Positions 1 through 15,122 of a stretch of DNA of 64,000 bases are shown here, piece by piece. The notes beneath the pieces were generated by a model. That model was not told where the DNA came from and searched no databases. It saw only the letters and a program-made list of their open reading frames with translations. Every line of letters starts with the position of its first letter. Positions within the stretch are counted from its first letter, which is position 1. The position numbers were made by a program, and so were the translations under genes. Source of the DNA: the human T2T-CHM13v2.0 reference genome, Homo sapiens; assembly GCF_009914755.1 (NCBI RefSeq), contig NC_060929.1. One strand, given 5' to 3'.

Positions 1-3000
1 TTGCATGTACATGTGAACATGCATGAGAGCAACTTTGCAGTCAGATAAACAGGATGCAGGCTATCAGATTTGGAGCTTCACAATCTCTATGCTTCAGTGT
101 TCAAAGAACCCAAGAAAATGGTTCGTTCTTTTTGGTTATACCTGTAACTTTTTGTAGTATAAATGTGGATATGTGATACTTTAGAAAACTTAGTTTTTCC
201 TTTTGAAGTTTTTCATGGTTTCTTACATTTCAGAAACATCCTGGAATACTCACATACACTGTTTATATACATGGGTGCACACACAAATCACATGTGCACC
301 TGTGTGTATGAGAGAGACATCTGGCAGGTTTCAAAGTCATATTTGCTTTTTGATGCAGTTTGAAGTGTTGATACCACTAAACTATGTTGGATTCTGAAGT
401 TGTACCTTTTAAGTAATGTGACTATGTTTTTCTCGTTCTGCCATATATGGTCAGAGACCCTCTCTTGTAGTATTGCTCATTTTGTAGTATTGCTCATCAA
501 GTTGTGTCAACCATGCACCAAACCTCCAAGACAACTAATAAAGTTGAAGAGAGATACATGCTACACATGAACTAGGCCACTGCTCAACATGGTGATAATT
601 CGTATGATTTCTTACCATTTCAGCTGGACAGAATCCCTTAAATATTTCTGAGTTGTGTAGTCCTGGCTGCGGTACAGCCTCTACTCTTACCTGGAACCAG
701 TTCTTAGGGAGAGAAGTCTGTTCTGGCATCGTATGTGTGTGTCTGAACCCGTAGAGCAGTTGGAGCCTTTCTTCTTCCTACCTACCTGTTGATAGTATTA
801 TTGGAGAGAGTCAGATGCAGGAGGATTCTCAGGCTGCTCTGAGCCTGGCTTTAGGGCAGTACCTGTCCAGCCTGAACACTCTAATTCAGACAGCTCACAC
901 TGACAGAGAGCCTAGATTCTAAGGAAACCTGAATTCTTCCCAGTAAAATGGGAGAGCATTGGGTGGGCTGTTTCCACCCCAAGTCATGAAACCGTATCTT
1001 CAATTTGGCAAAATAGAGAGGGAAGGGGATTTTCTTCTCCCCCTTTTAAGAGTAAAGGTTATGACAGCCTGTTTGTTGCTGGAGATTTTCAGGTTTTGCA
1101 GTTTGGAAATAAACATCCCAAAGATCATCTCTACATCCATCGAGTCATTGTCTGTCTCAAAGGGCTAGCATTGCTTTATATTTATTATGTAGATTCAGAA
1201 GGCTAGGTATCCTCATCTCCAGGGCAATGTATGTGGCTATTGCATCCTGTTATTATACAGTGATCAATTCTGGCTCCATGTCCTTCCCTAAGGACATGAA
1301 ACATGTGCTTACATTGTGACTTCTACTTTTGAGATGCCCCTTAACTGTTCTAAATCCTGTTTCCTTTTCCAAGTCTAATGCTGTACCTTACCGGGCTGAG
1401 TAGTTTTTCTCCTTTCCAAAGGACCTTTCTGTTCGCAAGTTGTTCTGTTTTGCCATCCTCGATAAGGGTGTCCCCAGTGTCCAGGTGAGGACACCTTGCT
1501 GTCATCATCAGTCAGATATGCCTTAACCCTTGAGATATCTCTCATTCCCAAACTTAGTTCCTCTCCTGCACACTTGCTGACTTGTGTGACAGATTGTTCA
1601 TTTTGAATATTTTATCCCATCTATTTGTTCTGATTAACATTGTAATCTGGAGGACTTTATCTTAGCTTTTTCTTTAATATCAGCTTCTTGCATCTATCAA
1701 AGTAAAATTCAGCTTTGAGCCTATGAATGAGCATCTTAGAACTCATAAGGATAGAATGTTTGTCACACTTAAACGAGAGCTTGAATGGTTTCAGACTCTT
1801 ACCTTAAACCTTTATTATGGTAGAAATTGTCATCATGGAAACTTTTGGTTTGCTACATTACGTTTGCCTTATAGTTCAATGTGATGCTGGTTTGTTAGTT
1901 TGTACTCTCAGAGAAAAATATTGAAGGTTTTTCTTAAAACCTACAGCCCTACTTGTGCCTGTAACTCTTGGGGTTCCTGAGGAAAGAAGCCTACAGACAT
2001 ACTCTCAGGCCTAGATTCTCAAAGATGACACAGTACTGATGAACTGAAAGACTCTGTCCCTTGTGCTACGTCCCAAGGACAGTATATTATGCCCTTCATT
2101 CTCTTTTGTCTTGACCATGGCAGACATGAGATTGTTGGGATGCACACTGGCTTTTGTCTACTGTGTTGCTGTATAGCTTACATGTTCCATTGGAAATAGT
2201 TCCTTCTATATAACTGGCTTTGTCCTCCTCTCCCTTCCCCTCATTTCCTCAAGGTAGTCTCAGTACAGCCATTCACCTGCTGCTTTGAGGGACAGAAACC
2301 TAGGCATAAATGAAGAGACTTTATACGAAAACTTGTTGCTTTAGACTGAAGTAATGATTGCATGTTTCAGAGATTTTCAGTTTCATAGGTCTGTGGCTAT
2401 TCCATTCATTGAGGATCCTCTCACAACTCAGAATGGAAATTAGTTGGCCTGCATTCATGTCACTGCTTATGTTTATAGCATCTTTTCTTTGCCCATTGGA
2501 TGAAAAACTTTTGGGGGAAACGAATCAAGCTTCTCTTTTAATTATATCTGCTCTCTGTCACACCTTAAGGAAAGGGCTACAATTGATTTCTAAATGTTGC
2601 TGCTAAGTTTTGAGTTGGGCCTTTAGTTTTGCTGAAGTGCAGTCTTGAGAATCCAGAAGATGCTTGTGTTTTAACCTTAATGTTTAGAAATCTGTCATGT
2701 TTTCATTTTGCTTAATGATAATCTTTCAACCTTGATGATGCCTAAATCAATAAAACCATTTTCCACGCCGATGGGTAGTTTGTGACTCAGTTCATCACTT
2801 TGAGCAAGTTTCCAAATGTCTTTTTCTGAGAACCAAAAAAGAAGTTTTTGGGGTTTTTATTTTGGTAGTTGTTTTTTGCAGAATTCACATTACTCAGTAA
2901 TTGCTATGAACAGCAGGTACCTTCAGGGATCTTAAACTAAATCCTGTAGTTGTCAGGATGTATTGAATTTTTTATGCATTCGGCATCTTCCCTTCAGATA

Positions 3001-3139
3001 CATCTGTAGTGTTTGATGAGTTTTTCCTTTGTTTTGCTCATGAATATATGTCATGACTATGAGAACTATAGAGAATCCTCTTCCCTCTTGCCCTGGTATC
3101 CCAGGTGTTAGTAAACCTGTACTCACCCCTTTTACCCAA

Positions 3140-3500
3140 ATCCCAATTAACTCCACATTTATTAAGCACCTATTGTGTACCTGGGCACTGTGACCCAATT
3201 TTGAAAGCTGTAGGCATGCTTTCAATGAAGACAAGTAAATGAATCATTGCAAACCAGGACAATCAAGAAGTATTTACAAGGTACATATAAGCCATAGGAG
3301 CTCACATATAAGCTCAGTGAGTAAGAGAGAATTTGGTCTCAGGGAACCAGAAGAGACACCACATAGAAAAGGTTTTGAAAGATATTTGCTGTTGACGAAA
3401 GTGAAGAACAGAGCCTTTCCAAGGGGCAGGATAAATGGTGTGTACAAAGGCCTGGTGACCTTGGCAACACAGAGTTCCAGGAACTAGACATGGCTTAGTA
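3140..3500 (-). mobile_element. L2 LINE fragment (3' end)
   Basis: catttattaagcacctattgtgtacctgggcactgtg is the reverse complement of the L2 3' terminus; degenerate L2-like body follows. Confidence 0.6.
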
Positions 3501-3522
3501 TTGCTGAAGCAGAGAGTTGGAA

Positions 3523-3770
3523 GGGGCAGTACTGCACAGTGGTTAAGAGGGTCGTTCTGAAGCCCATTTACCTGGGTTAACATCTTGACTGTATGAGATT
3601 GGTTATGTTAACTTTGGACTTCACTTGCTCCGTCTATAAAATAGGGATAAGTATTTATCTTATAGGATTGTTGTAAAGATTAAAATGCATTCATATGTGT
3701 AAAATGCTTAATGACATGACTGGCATGTAAAAATTCTCAATAAATTTTAGCTGTTAATATTACTGCTGTC
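3523..3770 (+). mobile_element. MIR SINE inserted in L2
   Basis: cagtggttaagag...ctataaaatagggataa...aggattgttgtaaagattaaa...ctcaataaattttagctgtt matches MIR core and tail. Confidence 0.75.
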
Positions 3771-4249
3771 ATTACAAATGAAGATGAGTAGTGGGTGGTG
3801 AAGCTGCGGAGGAGAGCTGAGGCGCTTGGCATATGAGGGAGTTTGGTTTTGATCCTGTGCTGGGAAGACATGTCTAGCCACACTGGGGTTTAGGTCTGGG
3901 AGTGGGGGTGAGACCTGCAAGCCAGTTAATAAGTTCTTGGGGTAGTCTGTTTAAAAGATTTTGCAGGGCTAGATAAAGAATGAAGTGAGATTGTGCCTTT
4001 GAGAGATATGAAGGATATGACGTTGATAGAAGTTGATGAGCCATTGACTCTGAGAGAAGAAGAAATATTCCATGATGGCCCTGGGGTTTTTGACTCCAGG
4101 AACCAGGAAGAGGGAGGAACCACCTGTACTTATGAGAGTGAGGCGGGGAAAACACAAGAACCTATATTATACTTGCCCCTTTTTTCCCCTAAAGCTCAGT
4201 TATTCACATTTATTGAAGATCTGTTGTGCACTGAATACCACGGGATATT

Positions 4250-4580
4250 TATTCCTTCATTCAGCCAGCATCCCAAACGTGTATCCCATGCTGGTCAAGG
4301 GACACAGTGATAAATGAGATAGATGAGTACTTAGGCCTCACCAATAAACAAGTATCCAACTAAGTCAATTGCCAATGTGGTCAGTATTCCAATGGCTGTA
4401 AGCAAGAGCCGAGATGAGAACATAACCCTGTGGGGTGATGATGGGAGTTACTTCAGATAACGTGGTCAGGGAAGGTCTTTCGAGAAGGTAATATTTAAGG
4501 GAGCCCTCAAGGATGAGAAAGAGCCATCATGGGAGGAGTTTGGGGACAGGCATCTGGGAACATCGAAGGCACTGAGACTG
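4250..4580 (-). mobile_element. L2 LINE fragment
   Basis: ttccttcattcagccagca...ggtcagggaaggtctttcgagaaggtaatatttaag are L2 3'-region motifs. Confidence 0.6.
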
Positions 4581-7500
4581 GAAAGAAAGAGCCCCCTAGG
4601 CAGGCAGCTGAGTACATAAATCCAGGGCACTCAGGCAGGCTGTGCCAAAATAATAAACACGGGACTTACTATTAAGACCATCTGAGAAATACATCAGATT
4701 AATACATGGGAGAATTAAAGATACCCCGCTTAAGGAGTGGGCAGAAATGCAGCGAGGTACAGGAAAGGAGACTTAGTCGGAAAAAGTCCCCTATAAAGGG
4801 AGGGGACCAGGAGGGTGCTGTCCTGGAAATCCCAGGAGGAAAATGGTCAACACCCCCAGCACTCCACAGAGAGTTGAAGTGAAGGTGTGTGTTGCATCTG
4901 GCAACTGGAAACTCATGGATGACTTGAGCATGAACAGGTGCCCCAGGGTGGGGGTGTCATAACCCAGGAGAGAGTGAAGCAAGGACTTGGAGAACAGGGG
5001 TGGTGGCCACTCTCTGTGGGCAGCTAAATACAGCAGCAGCGCAGCTATGATGGCCTTGCCTCTGCACATTCGTGGCTGGCCCGTCAGCCCTCCTCCCTGA
5101 ATCATATCCCCTTACTCACTGTTGCTCACTTTGTTGTCTGCTTCATTGCCCAAATTGGCAATGACAGTTTCCTTTTCACCTCCCTCTGGAAGCTCAAATT
5201 TCTTCCATAGCCTTATGACTGTTCCTTTGTGACATGTTTAGGTTTGGAGTTTCTCTTACTGTAAAGCCCTGACCGAGCATCTCTGGCTCCCACACACCAC
5301 CTCTTGCTCTCCTCCTGAGGCCCTGGTACCCCAGCCCCTCCCCTGCAGCCTAGTCCACAGGAGACTGAAGCCTGGCCCCACTTGTTGCTCCTCTCCTCCT
5401 CTCCACGCCTGACCTGCAGGCTCTGCCCCTCCCTGAGTCCCTGAGCCCATTTCCTCCCACTCCTTGCTTTGCCCAGGCCTGTTTCGTAGTTGCTTCCTTT
5501 CATCCTTGTACTTTCTTTATGCTCTTGACTGTGTCTTCTGCAGGCAGGACAGACTTACAAATCATGCAGGGCTTGCCCCTTCAGTCCTTCTGTCATTTCT
5601 AGTTAGCTCTCACGTTGCTAATATTCCATGACGCCGTCCAGTAACCTGGGCTGCCCTTGCTCCTGACCGCCTCTCCCCCAGCCTGGTCAGGGATACCCCT
5701 AGAGCAGAGGAGAAAACTGAGCTCCAAGCCCAGAGCTTCCAGCAGCTGAGTGGCTCCTGTTGAGAGCCTGGCTGTCCCAACTGTGGCAGCATTCGCAGAT
5801 TCTGGGCATCTAAGGCTTACCAGATACAAAGGATGGAAGCAGAAATATGCACAGTTCAAAAATGTTGCTTTTAGCTTCTAGTGTGAAACTTACAGTAGGA
5901 GATCACAGACTGTTTTGCCCCTGGAATATGTAGGTCTTTTGTGAGACAAGGGGGAGGGAGGAAGCGAGGAAAGAGTGAGAGAGAAGGGAGAGAGAAATGT
6001 GTGAGAGTGCAAAAAGTAGATTTCAAAAGAAATTCATTAAAAATAAAACATAAGAATTATGGAGCATATGCTGCATGGGGAGGCATGGTCTATTCACTGC
6101 TATTGTGTGTGTGTGAGAGAGAGTGTGTTTCTGTGTGTGTCTTCACTCAAGGCAGTGGTGGGAGTAGTATATTGATAAGTGCACAGTGATGGGTAGAACA
6201 TTATATTCTCTAATGGTTTTGCTTGCTTCTCTTTACACATCTATCCTGTTATCAGAAGCTCAAGTAATACCTTTAAACAGGAATCGTAAGCTTCAAGATA
6301 GAGACCATTTGCCTTCTGGGTTAAAGATTGACAGGTGTTGGGGTCAAGGAATCATTTGAATTCCTGTGTGGAGATGGCCCATAGAAGAGGAAGCTTGGAA
6401 TAGGACTCTATCTGAATAATTTGGGAAAGTCCTTCTTCCGTTGGTTGAAATGGAAATAGCTGGTGTCTCACACAGATGGAAACTGGAGGCCCTGGACCCC
6501 AGCCTCACCCTCCATACACACCCATCTCTAGTGTGAGTAAGCATGTTATGTTAATCTGAGCTGTCTTCACTACCTGTAACTAGTCATTTGGGAGTGACAT
6601 CATGGTAACTGAGTAATCCTTTTGAAACTTACATAGTAGAGCCAAGATATTAAAATGGTCCTGGGGCTACCTAGATGAAAGTAGATACAAAGTGTGCATA
6701 AAATTGTCTACTAAAAGTAGAGTCAGTCTCTATCAGTAGGAACTTGGTTTTTGTGATAATGTGGTACATTTTGTAACTAGATAGATCTCAAAAGTTCATA
6801 CATTGTAGTTCTGGTACTGTCCTTATTTCCAGGCAGATAGAAAAAAAGAAAAGAAAAAAATTCCACTAGGAACTTGGTTGTAAATTCTGAAAATGTTGAT
6901 CTTAAACCTTATTAATACAATAAAAGGACCTGTGGGAATTTTAGCTACATTAATGTCTATTGGACATGCCTATTTGAGAAGGTAATTATACTAATATCAC
7001 AACTGACATATCATGGTTTTATTTTAAAGAAAAAAGACCATAGCAGAGAATTTAGGCTTTGATCAGTACTTGAAGGTAAAATAGATTGGTAAGAAGAATA
7101 GGCAGTCATTACTGTATATCTCTTATCTGAAGCACCCCATTGCTTACTTTATTATAGAATCCTGGGAATTTTTACATTCTGCTTTGTGGTCCTACATTTA
7201 TCAGTGACTGATTTTGTCAGAGTTTGGGGGCTCTTAGCAAACTGTAATTGCAGGCAGTAGTACAAGCAAAATGCAGATCTTGACATCTGGTAGGCCAACC
7301 ACCATTTTTATTCTGAAGTTCTTGAATAAGCTTTTAGCTGTTCAAAGTAAGTACCAGCACCTTGTGCCCCTGGAAAGTTTCTAACCTGACATGGAAGTTC
7401 AAGTGGCAGTATCTTTTAGAGGTAGTATATTGGGTTCTGAGTGAAAAACCTAGGTGGAGGGAATGAGAAACTGAAAATGTGAAATTTGCTGAGGTCTCTT

Positions 7501-10054
7501 AGGGTCATAGAATTAGAAGGGGAAGAAAGCTGATGGATTTACCAGGCCCATTTTGCCACATGAGTATTTGTTGAAGCTATCAAACAAAATAAAAGCTGTA
7601 AAGAAGTATGCTTTATTCTATCTAATTTTAAATGTTACAGTGTATGTTTATGTCTCACGCTTTACTGGGTTTCTTCCTTAAGAGTCGTTATTGGAATATT
7701 ATGTAGTCATTGACAAATTTCTCAGCTATGAAATCTGTAGAAAATCACTGGATCCATAGCTTACATAAAAATCACTTATGCCCCTTTCACATTAATGTTT
7801 TCTAAAATGCAATAGGATGGATATATTTAAATTGGGAATTATAATAATTTAAAAAGTATAGGTATAAAATGTTTTACTTTTATAGATGTATGAAGGGGTT
7901 GAGGGAAAAAATTATGTTTGGCATGGGAAAAACTGCCAGCTGAATAAAGCACTCGAGGAAATATGGTAAATGAAGCCTTTGTTACTGTAAAACAATAGGC
8001 ATTAAGTGGCTATTATGTAATGTTATTTCTTATGTCTGATTTGAGTGGCTTGTTGATCTTGGAACTTGAGATATAATTCCTGTAAAAATATTACTTTCAC
8101 TTGGCTAATCTCAAGACTTTTGATACAAAAATCAAAGACTTTTCCAAATAGATTACCTAGATCAGGAACTAAGTACTGGAGCTACTGAAGCTATGTCAGA
8201 TTTTTTTTTTTTCCATGTAAGGACTGATTTTATCTACTTAACTATTCCCTATCCTAGTACCCTTCCAGATAAACACAAGTAATTTGCTAACCCAAAAACT
8301 GGTTTATTGTAAAATTAACCTAGGCTTGCTCAACCACTGCAAAGGGCAGGCATGTGGCAAAACAATTGATAGGCACATCAGCTGCCTTGGCAAGTTGAAT
8401 GGATGATTTTAAGTTCGCATTTCCATAGTAGGTCCCTAAGCAGAAGGATTTCTCATCTTTGATGTCAAGTGGCCTTAGTGACCAGTGGAGCTAAACAGAT
8501 GTGGGATAATTTGGGTGCTTTAGGTAATAGTTCTTGTTATGGATTCTGCAAAATAAGCCTCTAAGCGTATGAATCATAATTTCCTATATGTTTTAGGATT
8601 TGATGTCTGGGGTTACGTATTTGAACCGTGGAATAAAAGTTGCCGTATTTTTACTGTGTGGCCTGTAAAACTTATTTGTAGCATTCTTTCTCAATAGATG
8701 CCTTCTCTCCTGTGAAGTTCAGGCAGGTTAGCCTTTGAAATCAAGGATTTTTAAAGTGAAAAATCAATAGTGACTTTCTTAACATTGGAATCCAGGCTTA
8801 AGATCAGAGACCTGCTCTCTTCAGTCCAGTTCTTGGATCTTACTGCTTTTAATGCTATTTTACCAGCATAGCCATGGCCAAAATGCCATTTTAGCAGGTA
8901 GACTTCATTTTTCTATAACATTGTGATTATGTATTATTTGATGGCTTCTTGTAGAGGAAGCTCTTTAATCAAGAGCAATTGTGGTTTTTCTTACCTTTTG
9001 AGATTTAACCTTACAATTAGTCTACCTTCTCACATCAGATCTAGGGTGATTTAGAGGTCAAAGAGAACAGATACTGAACTGGTTAGCTATTAATATGATA
9101 CAACTTCTTTATGCCATTTCTCGGATATAGAGACATTCCATGGAATGGGTCCCAGGTTGGAAATCCATGAGGGAAAAGGGTTCTGACTCTTGGCACTGAT
9201 AAACATATTCAGAAATGTTGTATTCCAGCCAGAGTAAATATATATGCCCTTTATACTTTTTTTCAGTTAGCAGAAGTTACTTCTAAACACTTATTTTGGC
9301 ATTAAGGAAGCTCGTCATGACCTATTGTTCCAGAAAGATTATAGTCCTCGTTTTAAGCCAGTTCTTTAGTTCCCATGTAAGTGGCATGCCCAGCCTGGAG
9401 CTGAAGAAACAACCCCTGCTTTTCAAACCTTCCATTCTTATAGGTGTGTCCAGCAGGCAGTGGCTTGTAGCTGTTCCTTCAGCCACTTAACAGGTTTGAT
9501 TTCAAAGCTTTTTAATAGAGAAACTAACATGTTTGGAGGGGATTCATGGCCCAACATTTATGGATTTTGTTGGGAAGTCTCAGGTGTGTATTTATCTTAA
9601 GTATATGTTAAGGCTGTTAGACAAAAGTAATTGTTTGTGCTTTGCTCTGTTTTGTTTTTGCCGTCTAGTCCTAGACTGAATTTCTTAAGATTATCTTAGG
9701 GATTGGACTGGGAGGGAGTAGTTCCGAGTCCCGAAGGCTATATATCTCCACTTTCAGTTCCTTTTCTTTGGCTGCCTTAAGAGGAGCACTAAAGAGGAGT
9801 CAAGTGATTATAAATTCGGCCAAAAGACAGAGAAACCAAGAGCTGGACGATTAACCTCTGAAACATGGGAAGTTAATTACATTTACAAATACTTGGAGGG
9901 GCTATTTATGAGTCATGCATCTCTCTGTGACCCTTTTACTGCTTTGGGAGCTTGTGGATGAGGCTGAATCACTCTCTGAAACCTGATAACCTGATAACCT
10001 AGTTTGGCTAAGTTTGGCTTCTGTGAACAGGGTCTGAGGATTTATCACATCACG

Positions 10055-10185
10055 TCATTTTTTCATTTGTATGCCAAATATTTATTGAGTACCTTTTATG
10101 TGACCAGGGCTATGATTATCACCTGGGAAACAAAGATATGTATAGCATGATCCTTTTCTTCAAGTAGCTCAATCTAGTGGGCTTT
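10055..10185 (-). mobile_element. L2 3' end fragment
   Basis: caaatatttattgagtacctttt...tcaagtagctcaatctagtggg. Confidence 0.6.
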
Positions 10186-10284
10186 AGACAGTAATACAAA
10201 GAATTAGAGTAACATGCGGTAACTGGTAGATCTGCCAACATCAGCCGAGGAGGAGGGAGGGGGAGGATATCTGTGGAGACAGTT

Positions 10285-10420
10285 TGATATAGTCTCATTT
10301 AATCCTCACAACAATTCTGTGAAGAATATGTTATTATATTTATTATACAGATGAAAAAATTGAGGATTAGAGAAATTACGTAACTGTCCCTAAATCTCAC
10401 CACTAGTGAGTAGTGAATTT
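10285..10420 (-). mobile_element. MIR SINE
   Basis: tctcatttaatcctcacaacaattctgtga...tacagatgaaaaaattgagg is the MIR core in reverse orientation. Confidence 0.75.
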
Positions 10421-11574
10421 GGATAAAAACTTTACTATCTTATGGCCAAAAGAAATACAGCTCCAACAACATTCTAATTACTGAAAATAATATTTGTAAA
10501 GCAAGATTTTAGTACCTTTTTAATTTTATAGGACAGTACCCTCTTGGCAATTCAAAAGATATTTGTAGAATATAGAGCTCTGATAATTTTGATCTTTGGT
10601 ACAGAAAATGCTGCTGCTGTCTGAGGGAAGAGAGTGAAAAATAGAAGTAGGTTTTACTTTGTTTTAAGATTGCTACCTGCTGATTCTCTTTCCTATTAAT
10701 GGAAATTGTAAATGTATTCTGCTGTAATTTCCTCATCTTAAAGTATCACAGTTTATGATGGTATTTAAATGGGTTTGTGCTTTTAAATTGAAGCTTTACT
10801 TATGGTGTCGCTCTGCACAGCTGCTGTCTTCCAGGCCTTTGAATGAGTAACACCCCATGCACTCAGGCTTATTTTCCTGAGCTTTCCCTGTATGTATTAT
10901 AAAATCCTGCACATTCACATAAGTGTATATGTTATCTACACATTTCAAAATCCATGCCGATCTTGTAATAATGCATATAGTTCATCCCTTAGAAAGGACA
11001 AAAATTCTTTCTGATTATGGATGGCAATACAATGGGTATGCCAGAAAATATCTGTTGGGAGATTTTAGAGATGATTTACTTATAGGCTTCTTTCCTTTTA
11101 AAAAATGTAATAATTCGTCTTGAAGGTGCTATTGCTAACTGTTTTTAAGGAGGAGATGACTCGATGGCACTCAAATACACCTTTTCCTTTGAGAAAATTA
11201 CTGTGTTTAGAGAACGAAAAAGTAACTGCTTTGTAATACATAAAACAATTGCATAAGAATAGACTATAAATAATCTACAACACACAAAGGACACAAATAT
11301 TGTGTCCAGAATTCTCTAAACCACACACACACAGAAAAACTTTACTGGCCATCTCTTAGCTTTTGGTGATACAATATGTGAGCTGTTTTTGAGGAATAGC
11401 TGCCCCTACCTAAGGACGGAATGAAAGAAGTCTTCCCTTTAGGAACTTTGTTAAGGGTTAAAGAAAGTGTGTCTTATTACTATTAACCTAGGCCCAAGAG
11501 TTACTCAGATGTGTACTGACACAGGGTTTACCACTTGTATCAGGCAACTAGGTGTTAGTTTTGTTTTGTTGAGA

Positions 11575-12002
<428 letters not shown>

Positions 12003-12358
12003 AAGTATTTCTATTACCTCAAAAAATTTTACATAGATTGAGCAGTTTGATAATGCTAATATATGATTAGAATAAGACATTTTGTTTTGCTCTCCTTTCC
12101 TATTTTACAACTAAGCTTTACATTTTACTAATATTTCACAATTTTTTCCTAATATCCTTTTTCTATTCCATCTAGGATACTATGGTACACTGTGTCATCC
12201 TCTTTAAAAATCATTTTTATGAGGAAATGATTAACACATAGTTAGATTACATGGTGATATTGTCAAGTGAAGTACCAGAAAAATGCATCAGAATGGGATA
12301 CTTGAAAGATAAGCAAACTAAATTGTGTGGTCTACTGTTAATATGTAATAGCTCGTTT

Positions 12359-12701
<343 letters not shown>

Positions 12702-14919
12702 TTAAAAATAATTTGGGGGTGTTTATTGGGGAAGGAAACAGGGCCTTGACAGTGGAGGACTTGGAAGACATGTAATTTAAGATATAGAGTATGATTGTTG
12801 GAAAATAAGCATGGAGATCCAGAAGGAATCTTAAGAGTTTTTCTATGCAAGTGAAGATGGAAGAAAATATGTATTTTACAAAAGATAAATTACAAGTACC
12901 TTATTTGCTTTGCAAAATAACTTATCATGTTCTTCCACTATTTTTATTATATTTTAATTTTAATGAAACTTATATAACATTTACACTAAATTTTAAATAC
13001 ATGGCTCAAGACAAAAAAATGGGGAAAATATTTTTTAAAAAATCACCCCAAATCCTGGTACTCAGACATAACCACTATTACAAACTTGGCAGAGTAATAT
13101 TTTTCCTGTCTGCATGTGTGCACACATGTGTGCATGCAAACCACAAAGTAGATGTTTTACTATATCTCCTGGTTTATTATCTGCTTTTTTCCCTTAATAA
13201 GATTCTTTTAAATGCCCAACTTTGCAATGGTAAGATTTCTAGAAATTTTTAAAAAACCTATAATATACAAGAAGACTGGGGCGGGTTGATGGTAAATCCT
13301 GGGGCACATTGGAAAGGCGTCCAGAGGCCGCTGTGCTAATTAATGCGCAGCTGCACCCATTGTGGGCATGTCCACAGCCGGCTTCCTGGTATGCAGTGGA
13401 GATGGGCCCATTGACACTAGTGAAGGGACCCTGGATGGGCTCACATTTCAGGTCCTGTTTTTCTCCAACTGTATTTGGATCTCTCTTGAAATGCTCCCTT
13501 TAAAAATACTAATGCTAGCTCAGAAACACTCCAATTACCATCTCCCCACAGGCTTAAATGTTAAACCTCAAGATCTAAACTTTATCCCTTATGTATGTGA
13601 GCAGGCTTGCCAGATGGCAGGCCAATTAATATATTTTTGCAAGGTGTAGAAATGTTTTTTCTCCATAGGGGAACAATGAATCCATCTGCTCCACATCTTC
13701 CTTTCCCCTCTGTCTTTTGGGGAAAACCATTATTTAATTTTCAGACATAAGTTGTGCAACTTTGTAAGTGATACTTTCTGCTTTTTTAGGGAAGTAGCTT
13801 TAATAATTGAAACCTTTTTTTAAACTCTAAAGATGTGAAGAACCCTGTCATGGACTAAAATATATGGACATCTAAGTTCTATCCGGGGAATTACTTTTTT
13901 TGAAAGTTGGGTATATAGAGTCGTATGTTGAAAATCTGATTCATGGAGGTATAATCTGGAATAGACTTCCAAAACCGTCTAGTTGAACCCCCTCATTATA
14001 AGATGAGGAAATTAATATTTAGGTAACAAAATTTCAAGCTGGTAAACAACAGAGATGGTCTGGGAACCTTGTCTTCAGGTTCCAAAGTAGGACAACCATG
14101 GTGAAAATAGAATCTTTAATCTCTTGAGGGGAAAACCTAGTTAAGATTCAACTAGGAGAAGTATGCTCTTATTTATGCCTGTTCTCCCTTGAGTTTCAGG
14201 CACTGAACTGTACATGTTACCTCTACAGTGTCTTTTTGCCCTCAAGTGGCAATTCAGATCAGCAGATAATTAACCATTTAGTGACTGTGCCTTGCTTCCC
14301 AGTTCTCTTGAAAGTTCCTGAAGGACAATTGCCACATCCTCTTTTAAAGTAGTTATGGATGGTGTACTAGCTGGTCATGGAATGAATTAATTACTGAATA
14401 TATAAATGTCAATGAGGTTGTTTTACAAAATTCTCTCAGAGATTGTTGGAATTCTGGGAGCATGACCACATTATATCCTTCCAACAATCTGCCACATTAT
14501 CATACAGAATTTGGTTTCTTTCCCCTTTGGTATGAAGGAATTTACCACTGACTATTCCAGAAGCTTCTCTTGGAAGGATTGTTTCGCCTGTTTACCAGCA
14601 TGTTTAACGTCCTCCATATTTTGGGATAGATGGGCTTACATCAGCTACTGTTAAACAAGAAGGAAGGATTTAGACTTGGCATTTTTTCTTCTATTCAAGT
14701 TGACGCCTCTTCCTCTGTTTTCACACTAAGAGGCCCTTCTCATGTAGTAGAAAGGGTTTAGAGTTTGGATTTGGACAGAAGGTTGGAATGCTGAGTTAGA
14801 CTTGTGACCTTGGCAGGCCATCTCACCTATGATACTTGGTTTCCTCATCTTTCAGTATGGAAAATAATCAGCAAGCCTTTTTTGTACCATAAGTAAAATG
14901 GATTGTGACGCACTTAGAG

Positions 14920-15122
14920 CAAGTGTAGACAGACTACAGCCTGCAGGCCCAATCTGGCCACTGCCTGGTTTTGTGTACCGACCTTTATTAGAACACAGCT
15001 ACACTGATTCCCATGGGATGGTCTGTGGCTCTTTGTGCTACAATGACAGAGTCAAGTAGTTACCACAGAAACTCTGGACTGCAATTATCTGGCCCTTGAC
15101 AGAAAGACTTTGCCAACCTCTT
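14920..15122 (+). mobile_element. MER58A-like hAT-Charlie DNA transposon nested in a MIR (~14740-15165)
   Basis: actacagcctgcaggcccaatctggccactgcctggttttgt...tttattagaacacagc...tatctggcccttgacagaaagactttgccaacctc; MIR sequence on both sides. Confidence 0.8.

Noticed and set aside
3993-4310. 105-aa acidic ORF
   Set aside because: Lies in purine-rich degenerate L2 sequence; no recognisable homology.
4790-5800. Relatively GC-rich stretch as an alternative promoter or CpG island
   Set aside because: CpG-depleted, with no first-exon or donor evidence visible.
13111-13138. 16-bp palindrome TGCACACATGTGTGCA with two TGCATG motifs
   Set aside because: Expected within a short RY low-complexity tract, and too far from any verified exon to argue for RBFOX function.
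12845-13252. 135-aa + strand ORF
   Set aside because: AT-rich composition (F/L/K/Y/I), probably overlapping decayed L1 sequence; no domain or splice support.
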